From the NCBI GenBank assembly GCA_017608945.1, contig JAFCEY010000003.1, positions 1 through 37,845 on the forward strand: 37,845 nucleotides of DNA. The letters are read 5' to 3'. The DNA is from Candidatus Pacearchaeota archaeon. GTDB taxonomy: Archaea; Nanobdellota; Nanobdellia; Pacearchaeales; GW2011-AR1. This document shows, one piece after another, positions 1-10,537 of the stretch. How positions within the stretch are numbered: the stretch's first letter is position 1; each line of letters begins with the position of its first letter. Below the pieces are notes generated by a model. It did not search any database and had not been told where the DNA came from. It worked only from the letters and a program-made list of their open reading frames with translations. The position numbers and the translations under genes are program-made.

Positions 1-1974
1 AATGACACTTTGAATAATCAGGAATCAACTGAAACAAGAAATGTCTCTCTTGTAAAGCCAACATTGACAATTATTTTGCCTGAAAATGAGACTTATATTT
101 CAAAGAAAAACCTTCCATTAAATTATATAGCAGATTACGAAGATTATGTCTGGTATAATATTGACCAGACAGGGGACAATGAAACAATAACTGGAAACAC
201 TACTTTTAATACAAGTTCTGGCTCGCAAACACTTTATCTTTATGCAAACAACAGTAACGGAGAGACATCTGATAATGTTACGTTTACCGTTAATCTCACT
301 AAATTCAGAGTAAAATATCAAAATTATAAGGGTTCAAATAAAGGAGGCTCAACAGATTTCAAACAATCTTCTTATGAGGATTTGCAAAATTTATCAGGCA
401 TTATCTTAGAAAACGCAGATAACGGAAAAATCCAATTTAATGAGGCAATTAATGTTACAGATGACCTAAATGTAAGTGATAATGGGGTTGATCTTGACAC
501 CAATATAAATATCTCATCAAACCGTATAGAGATAAATTCAACCGCCCTTCCAAACTTTAACAAATCCGCGACTTTGTGGCTTTATAATTTAACTTTTTCT
601 AACCCAAGAATTTTAAGGGATGATTCTGTTTGTCCTGACAGTATCTGCACAGAAATAAGTTATTCTAAAGGAGAAGGAACTTTTATATTCAATGTCACAC
701 AATTTACAGTTTATTCTGCCGAAGAAACTCCTGTTGAAGCTGTTGTTCCGAGGGGGATTCCTGCTGTAGGTGGAACACCAGAATGTACAAAAGATAGTGA
801 TTGTAAAGAAGGTGAGGTTTGTTGGAAATATAAATGTGTAAAACTTTTTGATATTAAAATTATTGATTTTAAATCGCCTGTAGAGCTCGGAACTTTTTTT
901 GAATTTATTTATTTTTTAAAAGGCATGGCTAATATCAATGCAGATGTTATAGTTAATTTTTGGATTGAAAAATCTGGGACAAGAGAGATTGTAACTTCTG
1001 GTTCTGATACGATTTATCTTGGCAGTTTTGAAGAGAAGACAGAAACAACAAAAATATTCCTGCCAAGCAGTATAGAATCTGGGATTTATGAGTTCTATAT
1101 TGAAGTTTCTCATGAGGCTTATAAAGCCAAGTCACACAGAACAATTGAAATAACAGTAAAAGAAGGAACCGCAGAAATTAAATTTTATGAATCTGAAAAA
1201 TTTAAAATTTATTTAATTATCATAGCATTCTTATCTACTTTAATTATATTTTTAATCATTAGAGATTTAATTAAGGAAAGACAGAAAAAGCCTAAGATTC
1301 AAGAATTTGTAAAGCCAAAAGAGATAAGGGAAATTCAAAAATTTCAAAAGCCAAAATATGTTTATTTTAAGAAAGAAAAGAAAAGGAAATTAAAAGAAAT
1401 AATCAAAAAAATTATGGAGATTTTATTATTAAACCTCTCAAACATATATCAAAATTTAAAAGAGAGAAAGAGGGAAATTTCACAAAAACAAAAACAGAAA
1501 GCATTAATTGAACAAGAACCAAAAGAAGTTTTGATAGAAAAAAAACTTTCACTTTATGATATATTAATTGGTATAAAAGTGGCTTTCTTGAAAATAATCT
1601 ACCAATTCAAATTAATAATAAATAGAACTAAAATCTTAGATATTCTAAAAAAATTAAAATATAAAATTTTTAGGCTTAAACATAGAGAGATAAAGGTTAG
1701 AAAAGCACTCAAGCTTAAACCAGAACAAAAAACTGTTGAAGAAATAATAGAAGAAGTCGGAAAAAAGTTAGAGAAAAAAGGAATTAAAACTGAGAACAAA
1801 TTCAAACAAAAATCAGCTCAAAAATTGATTGAAGAAATAAAAAGTAGAGAGGCTGGAGAATTAATTGGAAAACTAAAAAGAGAGGAACAAAATAAGCAAA
1901 AGACAAAAGAAGAATTATATAATATCCTTGATAAGATGGATAAAAAAGATAAATTAAAAGGTTTGAAAAAATAA
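1..1974 (+). CDS. C-terminal part of a large surface/membrane-anchored protein (5' truncated by the window)
   Basis: Frame is open from base 1 (NDTLNNQ...). It has an N/T/S-rich beta-type ectodomain with many N-x-S/T sequons, small Cys motifs (CPDSIC; CTKDSDCKEGEVCWKYKC), one TM helix (IYLIIIAFLSTLIIFLII) and a long K/E-rich tail. Confidence 0.75.
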   Translation, partial: NDTLNNQESTETRNVSLVKPTLTIILPENETYISKKNLPLNYIADYEDYVWYNIDQTGDNETITGNTTFNTSSGSQTLYLYANNSNGETSDNVTFTVNLTKFRVKYQNYKGSNKGGSTDFKQSSYEDLQNLSGIILENADNGKIQFNEAINVTDDLNVSDNGVDLDTNINISSNRIEINSTALPNFNKSATLWLYNLTFSNPRILRDDSVCPDSICTEISYSKGEGTFIFNVTQFTVYSAEETPVEAVVPRGIPAVGGTPECTKDSDCKEGEVCWKYKCVKLFDIKIIDFKSPVELGTFFEFIYFLKGMANINADVIVNFWIEKSGTREIVTSGSDTIYLGSFEEKTETTKIFLPSSIESGIYEFYIEVSHEAYKAKSHRTIEITVKEGTAEIKFYESEKFKIYLIIIAFLSTLIIFLIIRDLIKERQKKPKIQEFVKPKEIREIQKFQKPKYVYFKKEKKRKLKEIIKKIMEILLLNLSNIYQNLKERKREISQKQKQKALIEQEPKEVLIEKKLSLYDILIGIKVAFLKIIYQFKLIINRTKILDILKKLKYKIFRLKHREIKVRKALKLKPEQKTVEEIIEEVGKKLEKKGIKTENKFKQKSAQKLIEEIKSREAGELIGKLKREEQNKQKTKEELYNILDKMDKKDKLKGLKK

Positions 1975-2004
1975 CTTGTATAGCAAAAGATAAAGTAAAA
2001 GAAA

Positions 2005-2306
2005 ATGCAAAATAATGTTATAGCAGTAACTTCATTTGGTATATACCTAAGGGCAGGCAGATAGTAGAGTTTGACATAAGATTCAACACAAGATTTTCTT
2101 GGGAGAATACAACAATTAATTCAAATTTAATGGACTTGCAAAACATAGCAACACATGAGCTTGGACATGGTGTTGGAATGGATGATATTTATTCAACAAC
2201 TTGTTCAGAAGTAACAATGTATGGCATCTCTTATTATGGAGAAACTCAAAAAAGAACATTAGAACAACCAGACATAACAGGATTACAAAAAATGTATAGA
2301 GTTTAA
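2005..2306 (+). pseudogene. Matrixin-like (metzincin, M10) metalloprotease remnant, frameshifted and N-terminally truncated
   Basis: The frame from ATG 2005 reads MQNNVIAVTS and stops at 2062. The -1 frame from 2034 reads IWYIPKGRQIVEFDIRFN...MDLQNIATHELGHGVGMDD...VTMYG...DITGLQKMYRV* with an HExxHxxGxxD zinc motif (from 2154) and a Met-turn. Absent from the ORF track. Confidence 0.8.
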
Positions 2307-2383
2307 ATTTTATTACATTTTATTTTTCTTTTTATCTTTTTATTTTTAGTAATCTTTAAATAATTTTAAGGACTAAGATTAAC

Positions 2384-2902
2384 ATGGAACTTTCAGATAT
2401 CACTCCTAATATTACAGAAAGAGAAATTGAAATAGCAATGCATCAATTTCTTTGTTTAAAAAGAATGGAGAAATGTTATAATGAACTTGAAAATTTAATT
2501 TCTTTAAATTTAGCAGACAATGAATATAAAAAAATAAAATTAAAAAAATGGACAAATTCTTTTTATAAGGCAAAAGAAACATATCTGGCTTTTTCCAAAA
2601 AACCAAAAATCAGAAAAGAAGAAATAATAAAAGAACTTAAAGAACTGCAACAGAAGATTAAAACTAAAAAACTTTCTGATAAAGGATATGAAAAACAAAT
2701 GTCAAAGATAATGGAAAAAGAAAAACTTACAGAAAGAACAGGTTATTTGATTCATGCAAAATTTGTGCTTCTTCATCCTGAAAATGAAGATTACCGTGAA
2801 ATGTTTTATAAAAAAACATTGGATGAACTTATAGACATAAAGGAAAAATGGGATGAGAAATACAATGATTTCTGTAAAAAAATTGAAGATTATGTGCAAT
2901 AA
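2384..2902 (+). CDS. Hypothetical helical, K/E-rich protein
   Basis: 172-aa ORF with TTTAAATA about 25 nt upstream of the ATG. No recognisable motif. Confidence 0.7.
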   Translation: MELSDITPNITEREIEIAMHQFLCLKRMEKCYNELENLISLNLADNEYKKIKLKKWTNSFYKAKETYLAFSKKPKIRKEEIIKELKELQQKIKTKKLSDKGYEKQMSKIMEKEKLTERTGYLIHAKFVLLHPENEDYREMFYKKTLDELIDIKEKWDEKYNDFCKKIEDYVQ

Positions 2903-2950
2903 AAATAAAACAAACCAAACTCTTAAAAACTATTTCTTCAATCTAATTTC

Positions 2951-4141
2951 ATGAAAGAACTTCCAGAATTAAACGTTGGAGTTGTAGGACATATAGACCA
3001 TGGAAAAACTACATTACTAAACCAACTTACTGGTAAGTTTACTGACACTCACTCAGAAGAATTAAAGAGGGGTATAACAATAAAACTTGGTTATGCAGAC
3101 ACAATTATTTACAAAGACAAAGATGGCTACAATAGTAAAGGCAAAGGAACTCCAATAAGATATATTAGTTTTATAGATGTTCCAGGACATGAAATGTTAA
3201 TGGCAACAATGCTTTCAGGAGCTGCGATAATTGATGCGGCTGTTCTTGTTATAGCTGCAAATGAAGGAATTATGCCTCAGACGAGAGAACATTTCATGGC
3301 TTTACAAGCTAAGAAAATTAAAAACATAATTATAATACAAAATAAAATTGATTTGGTTGACAAGAAACAAGCATTAAAAAGTTATGAAAGTATAAAGCAA
3401 TTTGTAAAGGGAACTATAGCTGAAAATGCTCCAATAATCCCTGTTTCTGCCCAACAAGGAATTAACATTGACAAGGTATTTGAAGAACTTTGTAAAATTG
3501 AAATTCCAAAAAAAGAAACTGAGAATGTGAAACCTATTTTTTTAATAGCAAGAAGTTTTGATATTAATAAGCCGGGAACAAAAATACAAGAATTAAGAGG
3601 TGGTGTTTTAGGAGGAATCTTAAAAAAAGGTAAGCTTAAAGTTGGAGATGAAATAGAAATTAAGCCAGGAATAACAATTAAAAAAGCTCATCAGCAATTT
3701 TATGAAACTTTAACAACAAAAATTTTATCTTTATATAAAGGAAATAAATCAGTTGAAGAAGTAACTCCAGGAGCAAGCATTTCTATTGAAACAGGCTTAG
3801 ATAGCTTTTTAACAAAAACTGATTCTTTGTCTGGGTGTGTTGCATCTTTAAAAGGAAATCTTCCTGAAATAAGTAACATAGTAAAGATAAAATATAATTT
3901 ATTTAAGGAAGTTATAGGAACATTGAAACACGAGGAAGTTGTTCCTTTAAAGTCAAAAGAAACTCTAATGCTCTCTGTAAATACAACAATTACAGTAGGG
4001 ACAATTGAGAAAATAAAAGACAACTTTATAGAATTAATATTAAATATTCCGATAGTGGCATTAGAAGGAGATAATGTAGGAATTGCAAGAAATATCCAAG
4101 GACATTGGAGGCTTATAGGTTGGGGTGAAATCATGCAATAG
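2951..4141 (+). CDS. eif2g: Translation initiation factor aIF2 gamma subunit
   Basis: GHIDHGKTT, EELKRGITIKLGY, DVPGHE, QNKID, ARSFDINKPG, C-terminal WRLIGWG. Confidence 0.97.
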   Translation: MKELPELNVGVVGHIDHGKTTLLNQLTGKFTDTHSEELKRGITIKLGYADTIIYKDKDGYNSKGKGTPIRYISFIDVPGHEMLMATMLSGAAIIDAAVLVIAANEGIMPQTREHFMALQAKKIKNIIIIQNKIDLVDKKQALKSYESIKQFVKGTIAENAPIIPVSAQQGINIDKVFEELCKIEIPKKETENVKPIFLIARSFDINKPGTKIQELRGGVLGGILKKGKLKVGDEIEIKPGITIKKAHQQFYETLTTKILSLYKGNKSVEEVTPGASISIETGLDSFLTKTDSLSGCVASLKGNLPEISNIVKIKYNLFKEVIGTLKHEEVVPLKSKETLMLSVNTTITVGTIEKIKDNFIELILNIPIVALEGDNVGIARNIQGHWRLIGWGEIMQ

Positions 4142-4352
4142 AGAGAAATTTAATAATCGGTGACTATTGCATAATTGAGTAGAGATAATTTAGGATAAAT
4201 TTTGTTTAAGTAAAATATTGTGTCATAGTGAAAGCATAAGAAAAATAGTTAATGTAAAAATTGCTCATAAAGTTCGCAAAGATAACTTAAAAATTAATGA
4301 ATATTATTAACAAATTATTAATCCGAGCGAACGAAGAGAGCGAGCAATTATT
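4141..4352 (+). repeat. Dispersed ~200-nt element, intergenic copy A
   Basis: Shares ATCCGAGCGA...GCGA(G/A)CAATTATT and an upstream TGAAAG...TAAT...AAAA.TG...AAAGTTC block with 23623-23799. Boundaries are approximate. Confidence 0.55.
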
Positions 4353-4430
4353 ATTAAAATTCTTTTTTATTATCTACTATCCTAAAAGATTATAAGATAA
4401 TATATAAAAATATAAAAAATAAAAATTTAT

Positions 4431-5378
4431 CTATTCAAATGCTTTTTGTTCAAATTCTTCCAGCCCTGCTCTCGCTTTTGCTACTGCGCTAATTCGTTGC
4501 TTTGCCTCTATTCTTTCCCTAATTCTTTCTTCTGTATTAACTGCAATAATTCTTTCATTTTCTTCAAGTTTTGAAAGATCTTTTCCTTTAATTGCTCTTG
4601 CAAATTCTCCTAATCCTTCATTTTCAAGTATTCTCTGTTGTATTTCTTCTTTTATTTTTGCTTCTCTTCTTTTTCTAAGAGCAAATATATTCCAAGCAGC
4701 AGGTCTTTCAATTCTTGGTTTTACTATCTTAGTTTTTGAAACTGCTGTGATATCCCATGTTCCTAAATACTTTCCTGAGTTTAAAGTTAAATCACCATAC
4801 CACAATGTTATTTTTCTGTATTTCTTTGGTTTTATCTCCATGTTTCCAACGATATTTCCAGTATTGTCTTTTAAATTAAACTTCACACTTTCCTCGATAA
4901 ATTCTGCCATCTCAATTCTAAATTTTTCTTTTTCTTCTGCAATACCAATAACAACAAAGCCAAAATCCTTTTTTTCTATTTCTCGATTTTCAATGTCTTC
5001 TAAATTCGCTGTTCTTTCTATAAATTTTTTTACAATCCAAACTCCTCTAAAAAATTGTGCATCAGAATCATCATCTTTTACAACAAAACCCTCTCCTATT
5101 GTGACTCTTGTGATTCCAAACATTGCTCTTTTTTCTATTTCTTCAATTCCCTCTTCTTCTTCAATTTCCTTTATATCTTCTTCAGTTTCTGGTAATTCTT
5201 CCCCTATTTCTTCTTCTTCAAAAACTTCTACTTCATCTGAACTTAGTACATCGGTACTTTCAGTAACTTCTTCACTAACAATTTCTACTTCATTTTCTTG
5301 AGCAAAGACACTTGTCGCAAAGAAACTGATAACTAAAAGTAGAGACAAAATAACACTTAGCTTTATATTAAATTTCAT
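4431..5378 (-). CDS. Secreted hypothetical protein with acidic N-terminal region
   Basis: Signal peptide (...ATSVFA|QE), Glu-rich stretch, beta-rich core; SD-like AAAGGAGGT just upstream of the ATG. Confidence 0.8.
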   Translation of the reverse strand: MKFNIKLSVILSLLLVISFFATSVFAQENEVEIVSEEVTESTDVLSSDEVEVFEEEEIGEELPETEEDIKEIEEEEGIEEIEKRAMFGITRVTIGEGFVVKDDDSDAQFFRGVWIVKKFIERTANLEDIENREIEKKDFGFVVIGIAEEKEKFRIEMAEFIEESVKFNLKDNTGNIVGNMEIKPKKYRKITLWYGDLTLNSGKYLGTWDITAVSKTKIVKPRIERPAAWNIFALRKRREAKIKEEIQQRILENEGLGEFARAIKGKDLSKLEENERIIAVNTEERIRERIEAKQRISAVAKARAGLEEFEQKAFE

Positions 5379-5464
5379 TTTACCTCCTTTTTATTTTAAT
5401 AGAGATAATGAAATTTTTAAATATTTTGAAAAGGTTTATAAATCTCTTTTTTCTTTTTTTGCTT

Positions 5465-6373
5465 ATGAAAAAAATAATTTCAGCAGTAATCTCAATAGTT
5501 TTTTTAATATTATTAATTAACTTTGCATGTACAATAGAAGATGCGAATGTTAATACTGGAAATAATTACAATACAAAAATACAATCACAAATTAAAGAGA
5601 GTGAAAATGATAGCAAATTAGGAACTGAGGAATTTTGTGGAACTTCTACATATGGTGCTTGTGAGACAGATGCAGATTGTTTAAGAGCCGGATGTTCAGA
5701 TTCTGTGTGTCAAAGTGTTGGAGAGGAAAGTGTAATAACAACATGTGAATTTAAAGAATGTTATAATGCTGAAAAATATAATGCAAGATGTGTTTGTTTA
5801 GAAAATAAATGTCAGTGGTTAGTAAAAAAGGAGTTAAAAGGTGAATTAACACAGGCACAGATAGGAGAAATAATAAGAGAAAGAAATAGATTAAAGGTTC
5901 GTACTCAAATACAAGCAGGAGAATGTCCTGAGAACTGTACATGTACTGGAAGTGTAATAAAATGTGAAATAGAGGGAGGAAGAGAAATGAGGGTAATGGC
6001 AGGAGAATCAGGAAATGTAGTTGTAATAAGTAAGGATGTTAATGCTTCAACAAATGTAACTCTTTATCATCACAATGGAAAAATTTATGGTAATTTTAGG
6101 AATAATGAAACAAAAGAAATAATTCTTCCTGACGAGGCACAATCAAGATTACAAGAACAATTGAGGACTCGTGCCGAAGTAAGAAACATGACTTTAGATG
6201 ATGAAGGAATTTATAGAATTAAAGCATACAAGAGAGCTAGACTTTTCTGGATGATTTCTGTGCAAAAGAGAGTAGAAGCTAATGTTGATGCTGAAACAGG
6301 AGAAATAATAAGAACGAGAGTTCCTTGGTGGTCTTTTTTAGCAAAAGATGTAATGAGTGAGAATTTTGAATAA
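5465..6373 (+). CDS. Secreted protein with eight-cysteine-cluster domain
   Basis: Signal peptide MKKIISAV...; FCGTSTYGACETDADCLRAGCSDSVC...TTCEFKEC...CVCLENKCQW; CPENCTC; C-terminal VDAETGEII...PWWSFLA. Start moved to ATG 5465 because TTTATAAA lies about 25 nt upstream. Confidence 0.75.
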   Translation: MKKIISAVISIVFLILLINFACTIEDANVNTGNNYNTKIQSQIKESENDSKLGTEEFCGTSTYGACETDADCLRAGCSDSVCQSVGEESVITTCEFKECYNAEKYNARCVCLENKCQWLVKKELKGELTQAQIGEIIRERNRLKVRTQIQAGECPENCTCTGSVIKCEIEGGREMRVMAGESGNVVVISKDVNASTNVTLYHHNGKIYGNFRNNETKEIILPDEAQSRLQEQLRTRAEVRNMTLDDEGIYRIKAYKRARLFWMISVQKRVEANVDAETGEIIRTRVPWWSFLAKDVMSENFE

Positions 6374-6470
6374 ATTATTTTGCTTTGTTTAAAAACTCTA
6401 GTTTTATTGGCTTATTAAACAAGATAGCTGCTTTAATAAAATTTATAACTATTTATTTTTTTAAAGATTT

Positions 6471-7235
6471 ATGGAAATCTATTCTTATTCAAAACTTTCA
6501 ACTTTTGAGCAATGTCCTTTAAAATATAAATTTCGGTACATTGATAAGATAATCATTCCAGAAAAAACAATTGAATCTCTTTTAGGGAAGATTATACATA
6601 AAGCTTTAGAATGGCTTTATTTAGAAGTTAAAAATGGAGTAATTCCAAGTCTTGATGATGTTCTTCTTTTCTATACAAAGAAATGGCAAGAAGAAGACTT
6701 TTCTAATGGAATTATTATGAATGGAAATTTAACCTTAAGCGATTATTATAATAGAGGGATTCAACTTCTAACTAATTATTACTTCAAACATAAGCCTTTT
6801 GATGATAATACTTTAGATGTAGAAAAAGAAATAATTGTAAGTTTGGATGAGTTTAAAAATTATTTAATAAGAGGCTTCATCGATCGTTTAGCTTACAATC
6901 TTAAGACATGTGAATATGAGATTCATGATTATAAGACTTCTAATTTTCTTCCAAGCAGAGAAAAAATAAGTAATGATAAACAACTTGCATTATATTCTTT
7001 TGCAATTAAAAAAATGTTTGGAGAAAATAAAGGGGTTTTATTGGTATGGCATTATCTTGCTCATAATTTGAAGATTTCTTTAAAAAAAACAAATGATGAA
7101 ATTTATAAATTGAAAGAAGAGACAATTGATTTGATAAAAAAGATAAAATCTACAAAAAACTTTTCCCCGTGTGTTTCAAGATTTTGTAATTGGTGTGAGT
7201 ACAAAAAAATATGTCCTGCTTTTGGCGGAAACTGA
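6471..7235 (+). CDS. PD-(D/E)XK nuclease, RecB/AddB/Cas4-like, probable Fe-S cluster
   Basis: SYSKL..FEQCP, GKIIHKALE, GFIDRL, IHDYKT, QLALY, C-terminal CNWCEYKKIC (1+3 Cys arrangement). Confidence 0.9.
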   Translation: MEIYSYSKLSTFEQCPLKYKFRYIDKIIIPEKTIESLLGKIIHKALEWLYLEVKNGVIPSLDDVLLFYTKKWQEEDFSNGIIMNGNLTLSDYYNRGIQLLTNYYFKHKPFDDNTLDVEKEIIVSLDEFKNYLIRGFIDRLAYNLKTCEYEIHDYKTSNFLPSREKISNDKQLALYSFAIKKMFGENKGVLLVWHYLAHNLKISLKKTNDEIYKLKEETIDLIKKIKSTKNFSPCVSRFCNWCEYKKICPAFGGN

Positions 7236-7305
7236 AAAACAAGACAAGCAAGAAATTTTAGATATTTGGGATTGATTATTGTGAATTTTATAATCGACTT
7301 ATAAT

Positions 7306-9729
7306 TTATTTTTCATTAATTTCTTGAACTCTTACTAAATCTGTAACATAGTCTCCAGGATGAAGCTTTACAATTCTAACCCCTCGTGCAGCTCTTCCCA
7401 TTGTTCTTATATTTTTTAATCCAGTTCTAATAACCATTCCTTTGGCTGTAGTTATTATTATATTATCTTCAGGATTAACAGAAATTGTCTTGACAATTTC
7501 TCCTGTCTTTTCTGAAACTTTCAAGTTAATCACTCCTTTTCCAGCTCTTGCAGTTTTCCTATAATCTTCAACAGCAGTTCTTTTTCCATAACCATTTTTT
7601 GTTATTGTTAAAACTTCCTTTGTATTTAAAATTTCTAAACTCACAACCTCATCACCTTGCTCAAGTTTAATTCCAGTAACACCGTAACTTGCTCTTCCCA
7701 TGTTTCTTACTTTGTCTTCACTAAATCTAATTGCCTGGCCTTTTTTTGTAACTAATAGGACTTCCTGTCCTTTTTTAATTATTTGCACATCTACTAAATA
7801 ATCTTCTGAACTTGGTAAATTAATTGCCTTTACACCAGAAGTTCTTGGTTTTGAAAAATTGCTCAATGAAATTTTTTTAACAATTCCTTTTTTTGTTACC
7901 ATGAATAAATCATCTTTAAATTCCTTTACAGCTATTACAGTAGCTATGCTTTCATCTTTAAGATTGAGAAGGTTAACTATTGCCTTTCCCTTACTATATC
8001 TTTCAGCTTCTGGAATCTCATAAGCTTTAAGCCATAAAACTCTTCCTTTAGATGTAAAAAATAATAAATAGTCGTGTGTTGAACATGTTATAAGTTCTTT
8101 TACAAAATCTCCTGTTGCTAAATTTGTTCCTAGAATTCCCCTTCCACCTCTCCTTTGTTCTTTGTAAGTTTTTACATCCATTCTCTTACAATACCCCTTG
8201 CCAGTTATAGTTATAACAACATCTTTTTTTTGTATCAAATCTTTTTCAGAAATTTCCCTAATTTTATCTAAAATTCCTGTTTTTCTTTTGTCTCCATATT
8301 TATTTTTTAATTCATTAACTTCCTTAACAATTATTTTTAATATTTCCTTTTCATCTGACAAAATTTTTTCAAGATATGTTATTTTTTTTGTTAATTCCTC
8401 ACATTCGTTTTTTAATTTGCTTTGCTCAAGGGATGTCAATTGTTGAAGTTTTGTTTCTAAAATTGCTTTAGCCTGTTTTTCACTTAATAAGAAATTTTTC
8501 ATTAAAAAACTTGAAGCTTCTGAAGTGTTTTTAGATTTTTTTATTAGATTTATAACTTTGTCAATATTTTTTAATGCTATAATTAATCCATTTACAACCT
8601 CTAATCTTTCTTTTGCTTTTTTTAATTCAAATTTTGCTCTGTTTTTTATTATTATTACTCTATAATTTACATATCCTTCAAGAATTTGTTTTAAATTCAA
8701 GATTTTTGGTTGTCCGTTTACTAAAGCGAGAAAATTAGCATTAAAAGAATCTTGGAGCCGAGTGTAATTGTATAAAGAATTAATTACGAGTTTTGAATTT
8801 GTTCCTTTCCGTAATTCAAGAACAATTCTTATTTTTCCCTTTGAACTCTCATCACGCAAATCTGAAACATCTCTTATTTTTTTAGATTGAATTAAACTTG
8901 CGATTTGGCTTACAAGAGAGGATTTATTAAGGATGTAAGGAATTTCTGTTATAATCACTAGCTCCTTATTTTTTGACGTTTCTGTTGTAACCTTTCCTCT
9001 TATTATTAATTTTCCTTTCCCCTCTTTGTACATTTCGACCATGTTTCCATGAACAATTCCTCCAGTTGGAAAATCAGGGCCTTTAACAATTTCACAAAGC
9101 TCTTCTATACTAATATTAGGTTTTTTAATATAAGCAATAATTGCATTACATACTTCAGTTAAGTTGTGAGGAGGGATGTTAGTTGCCATGCCTACTGCAA
9201 TTCCAGAAGCACCATTTAGAATCAAAGCTGGAAGTTTTCCTGGAAGCAATTCTGGCTCTTTAAGAGAATTATCAAAATTAGGAATAAATTTTACAGTCTC
9301 TTTATCTATATCTTTCAAGAGTTCAATTGAAATAGGAGCTAATTTTGCTTCGGTGTATCTGTAAGCTGCAGGCGGATCTCCATCAATACTTCCAAAATTT
9401 CCTTGCCCAATAATCAGTGGATATCGCAAAGAGAAACTCTGAGCCATTCTTACTAATGCATCATAAACAGCTGTATCTCCATGAGGATGAAATTTACCAA
9501 TCACATCTCCGACAATTCTTGCTGATTTTTTTGTTGTTGATTCTGGTTTTAGTCCCATTAGATACATTGAATAAAGAATTCTTCTTTGCACAGGTTTAAG
9601 ACCATCTTCAAGACTAGGAATTGCTCTTGAAACAATTACAGACATAGCATAATCTAAATATGCTTTTTTCATTTCTTCTGAAATTTCAGAATTCATGATT
9701 TTTTCTTCAGAATCTTTTTCTTGTGTCAT
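7306..9729 (-). CDS. gyrA: DNA gyrase subunit A
   Basis: [32 protein letters not shown] (catalytic Tyr), GyrA-box QRRGGRG, beta-pinwheel repeats. Confidence 0.97.
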   Translation of the reverse strand: MTQEKDSEEKIMNSEISEEMKKAYLDYAMSVIVSRAIPSLEDGLKPVQRRILYSMYLMGLKPESTTKKSARIVGDVIGKFHPHGDTAVYDALVRMAQSFSLRYPLIIGQGNFGSIDGDPPAAYRYTEAKLAPISIELLKDIDKETVKFIPNFDNSLKEPELLPGKLPALILNGASGIAVGMATNIPPHNLTEVCNAIIAYIKKPNISIEELCEIVKGPDFPTGGIVHGNMVEMYKEGKGKLIIRGKVTTETSKNKELVIITEIPYILNKSSLVSQIASLIQSKKIRDVSDLRDESSKGKIRIVLELRKGTNSKLVINSLYNYTRLQDSFNANFLALVNGQPKILNLKQILEGYVNYRVIIIKNRAKFELKKAKERLEVVNGLIIALKNIDKVINLIKKSKNTSEASSFLMKNFLLSEKQAKAILETKLQQLTSLEQSKLKNECEELTKKITYLEKILSDEKEILKIIVKEVNELKNKYGDKRKTGILDKIREISEKDLIQKKDVVITITGKGYCKRMDVKTYKEQRRGGRGILGTNLATGDFVKELITCSTHDYLLFFTSKGRVLWLKAYEIPEAERYSKGKAIVNLLNLKDESIATVIAVKEFKDDLFMVTKKGIVKKISLSNFSKPRTSGVKAINLPSSEDYLVDVQIIKKGQEVLLVTKKGQAIRFSEDKVRNMGRASYGVTGIKLEQGDEVVSLEILNTKEVLTITKNGYGKRTAVEDYRKTARAGKGVINLKVSEKTGEIVKTISVNPEDNIIITTAKGMVIRTGLKNIRTMGRAARGVRIVKLHPGDYVTDLVRVQEINEK

Positions 9730-9735
9730 TTTTTA

Positions 9736-10263
9736 TTATCTTTTCATTTTTTTACTTTTATTTACTATTTCTTCAAGATTACCTTTGTTCATTTGCTTCT
9801 TTTTTCTTTCAATATACATCCTCATGTCTATTGAGTAATCAGCAATATTTTTAAGAGAGCTACAATTTCCTTCATTTGAACTGACATAAACAGCAAGGCT
9901 TTCTTTTTTGTATTTTTTAGCTTTATAAAAAATTGGCAAAAAGGAACTATCTCTTGAAACCACAGCAATCATGTCAATATTCTCTTTAATAATAAATTCA
10001 ACAGCGTCTGCAGTTAATAAAGTATCAATGTCAGAAAGTCCTATTCTTGGCTCAAATCCTTGATTAAAAACATATTCTATTAATTTTGGGTGTTCAGTTG
10101 CATGATGTGATAAATATGCTCTTTTAACATAAATCTTTCCATACTGTTTAATAGCCTCTTGGATATCCTCTAATCCAACAAAATTAAATTCATTTCTTAG
10201 TATGTTTGGGCCGTCCAATAAAACTGCGATTTTTTTCTCTTTCTTATTTATTTCTTTTTCCAT
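9736..10263 (-). CDS. NYN/PIN-like domain protein
   Basis: LLDGPNI, DIDT...DAVE, VSRDSSFLP, SLKNIADYSI. Confidence 0.8.
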   Translation of the reverse strand: MEKEINKKEKKIAVLLDGPNILRNEFNFVGLEDIQEAIKQYGKIYVKRAYLSHHATEHPKLIEYVFNQGFEPRIGLSDIDTLLTADAVEFIIKENIDMIAVVSRDSSFLPIFYKAKKYKKESLAVYVSSNEGNCSSLKNIADYSIDMRMYIERKKKQMNKGNLEEIVNKSKKMKR

Positions 10264-10264
10264 T

Positions 10265-10537
10265 TTATAATTTTTTTCTATTTAAATATTCAATAAATTT
10301 TTCTTCATTTAATTCTTTTTCATTAATATTTTTTCCTTTCCATTTACATTTTTTGCATTGCCATTTGTTCTGTGTTAAAGGTTTTCCTTCTTCATTTCCA
10401 AGAATTACAGAGACATCATCGCTTCCACATGCAGGACAAAATTTAATCTTAAAGGTTTTGGATTTTTTGCGTGTTTCAGTCCTCGGCGAGCTTCCTTGCA
10501 AAATCCAATCAGGAGTTTTTATCTTACTTTTTCCCAT
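10265..10537 (-). CDS. Small zinc-ribbon protein
   Basis: CPACGS...WQCKKCKWKG. Confidence 0.75.
   Translation of the reverse strand: MGKSKIKTPDWILQGSSPRTETRKKSKTFKIKFCPACGSDDVSVILGNEEGKPLTQNKWQCKKCKWKGKNINEKELNEEKFIEYLNRKKL

Noticed and set aside
6471..7235. CRISPR-Cas system suggested by the Cas4-like nuclease
   Set aside because: No repeat-spacer array or other cas genes are visible in the window.
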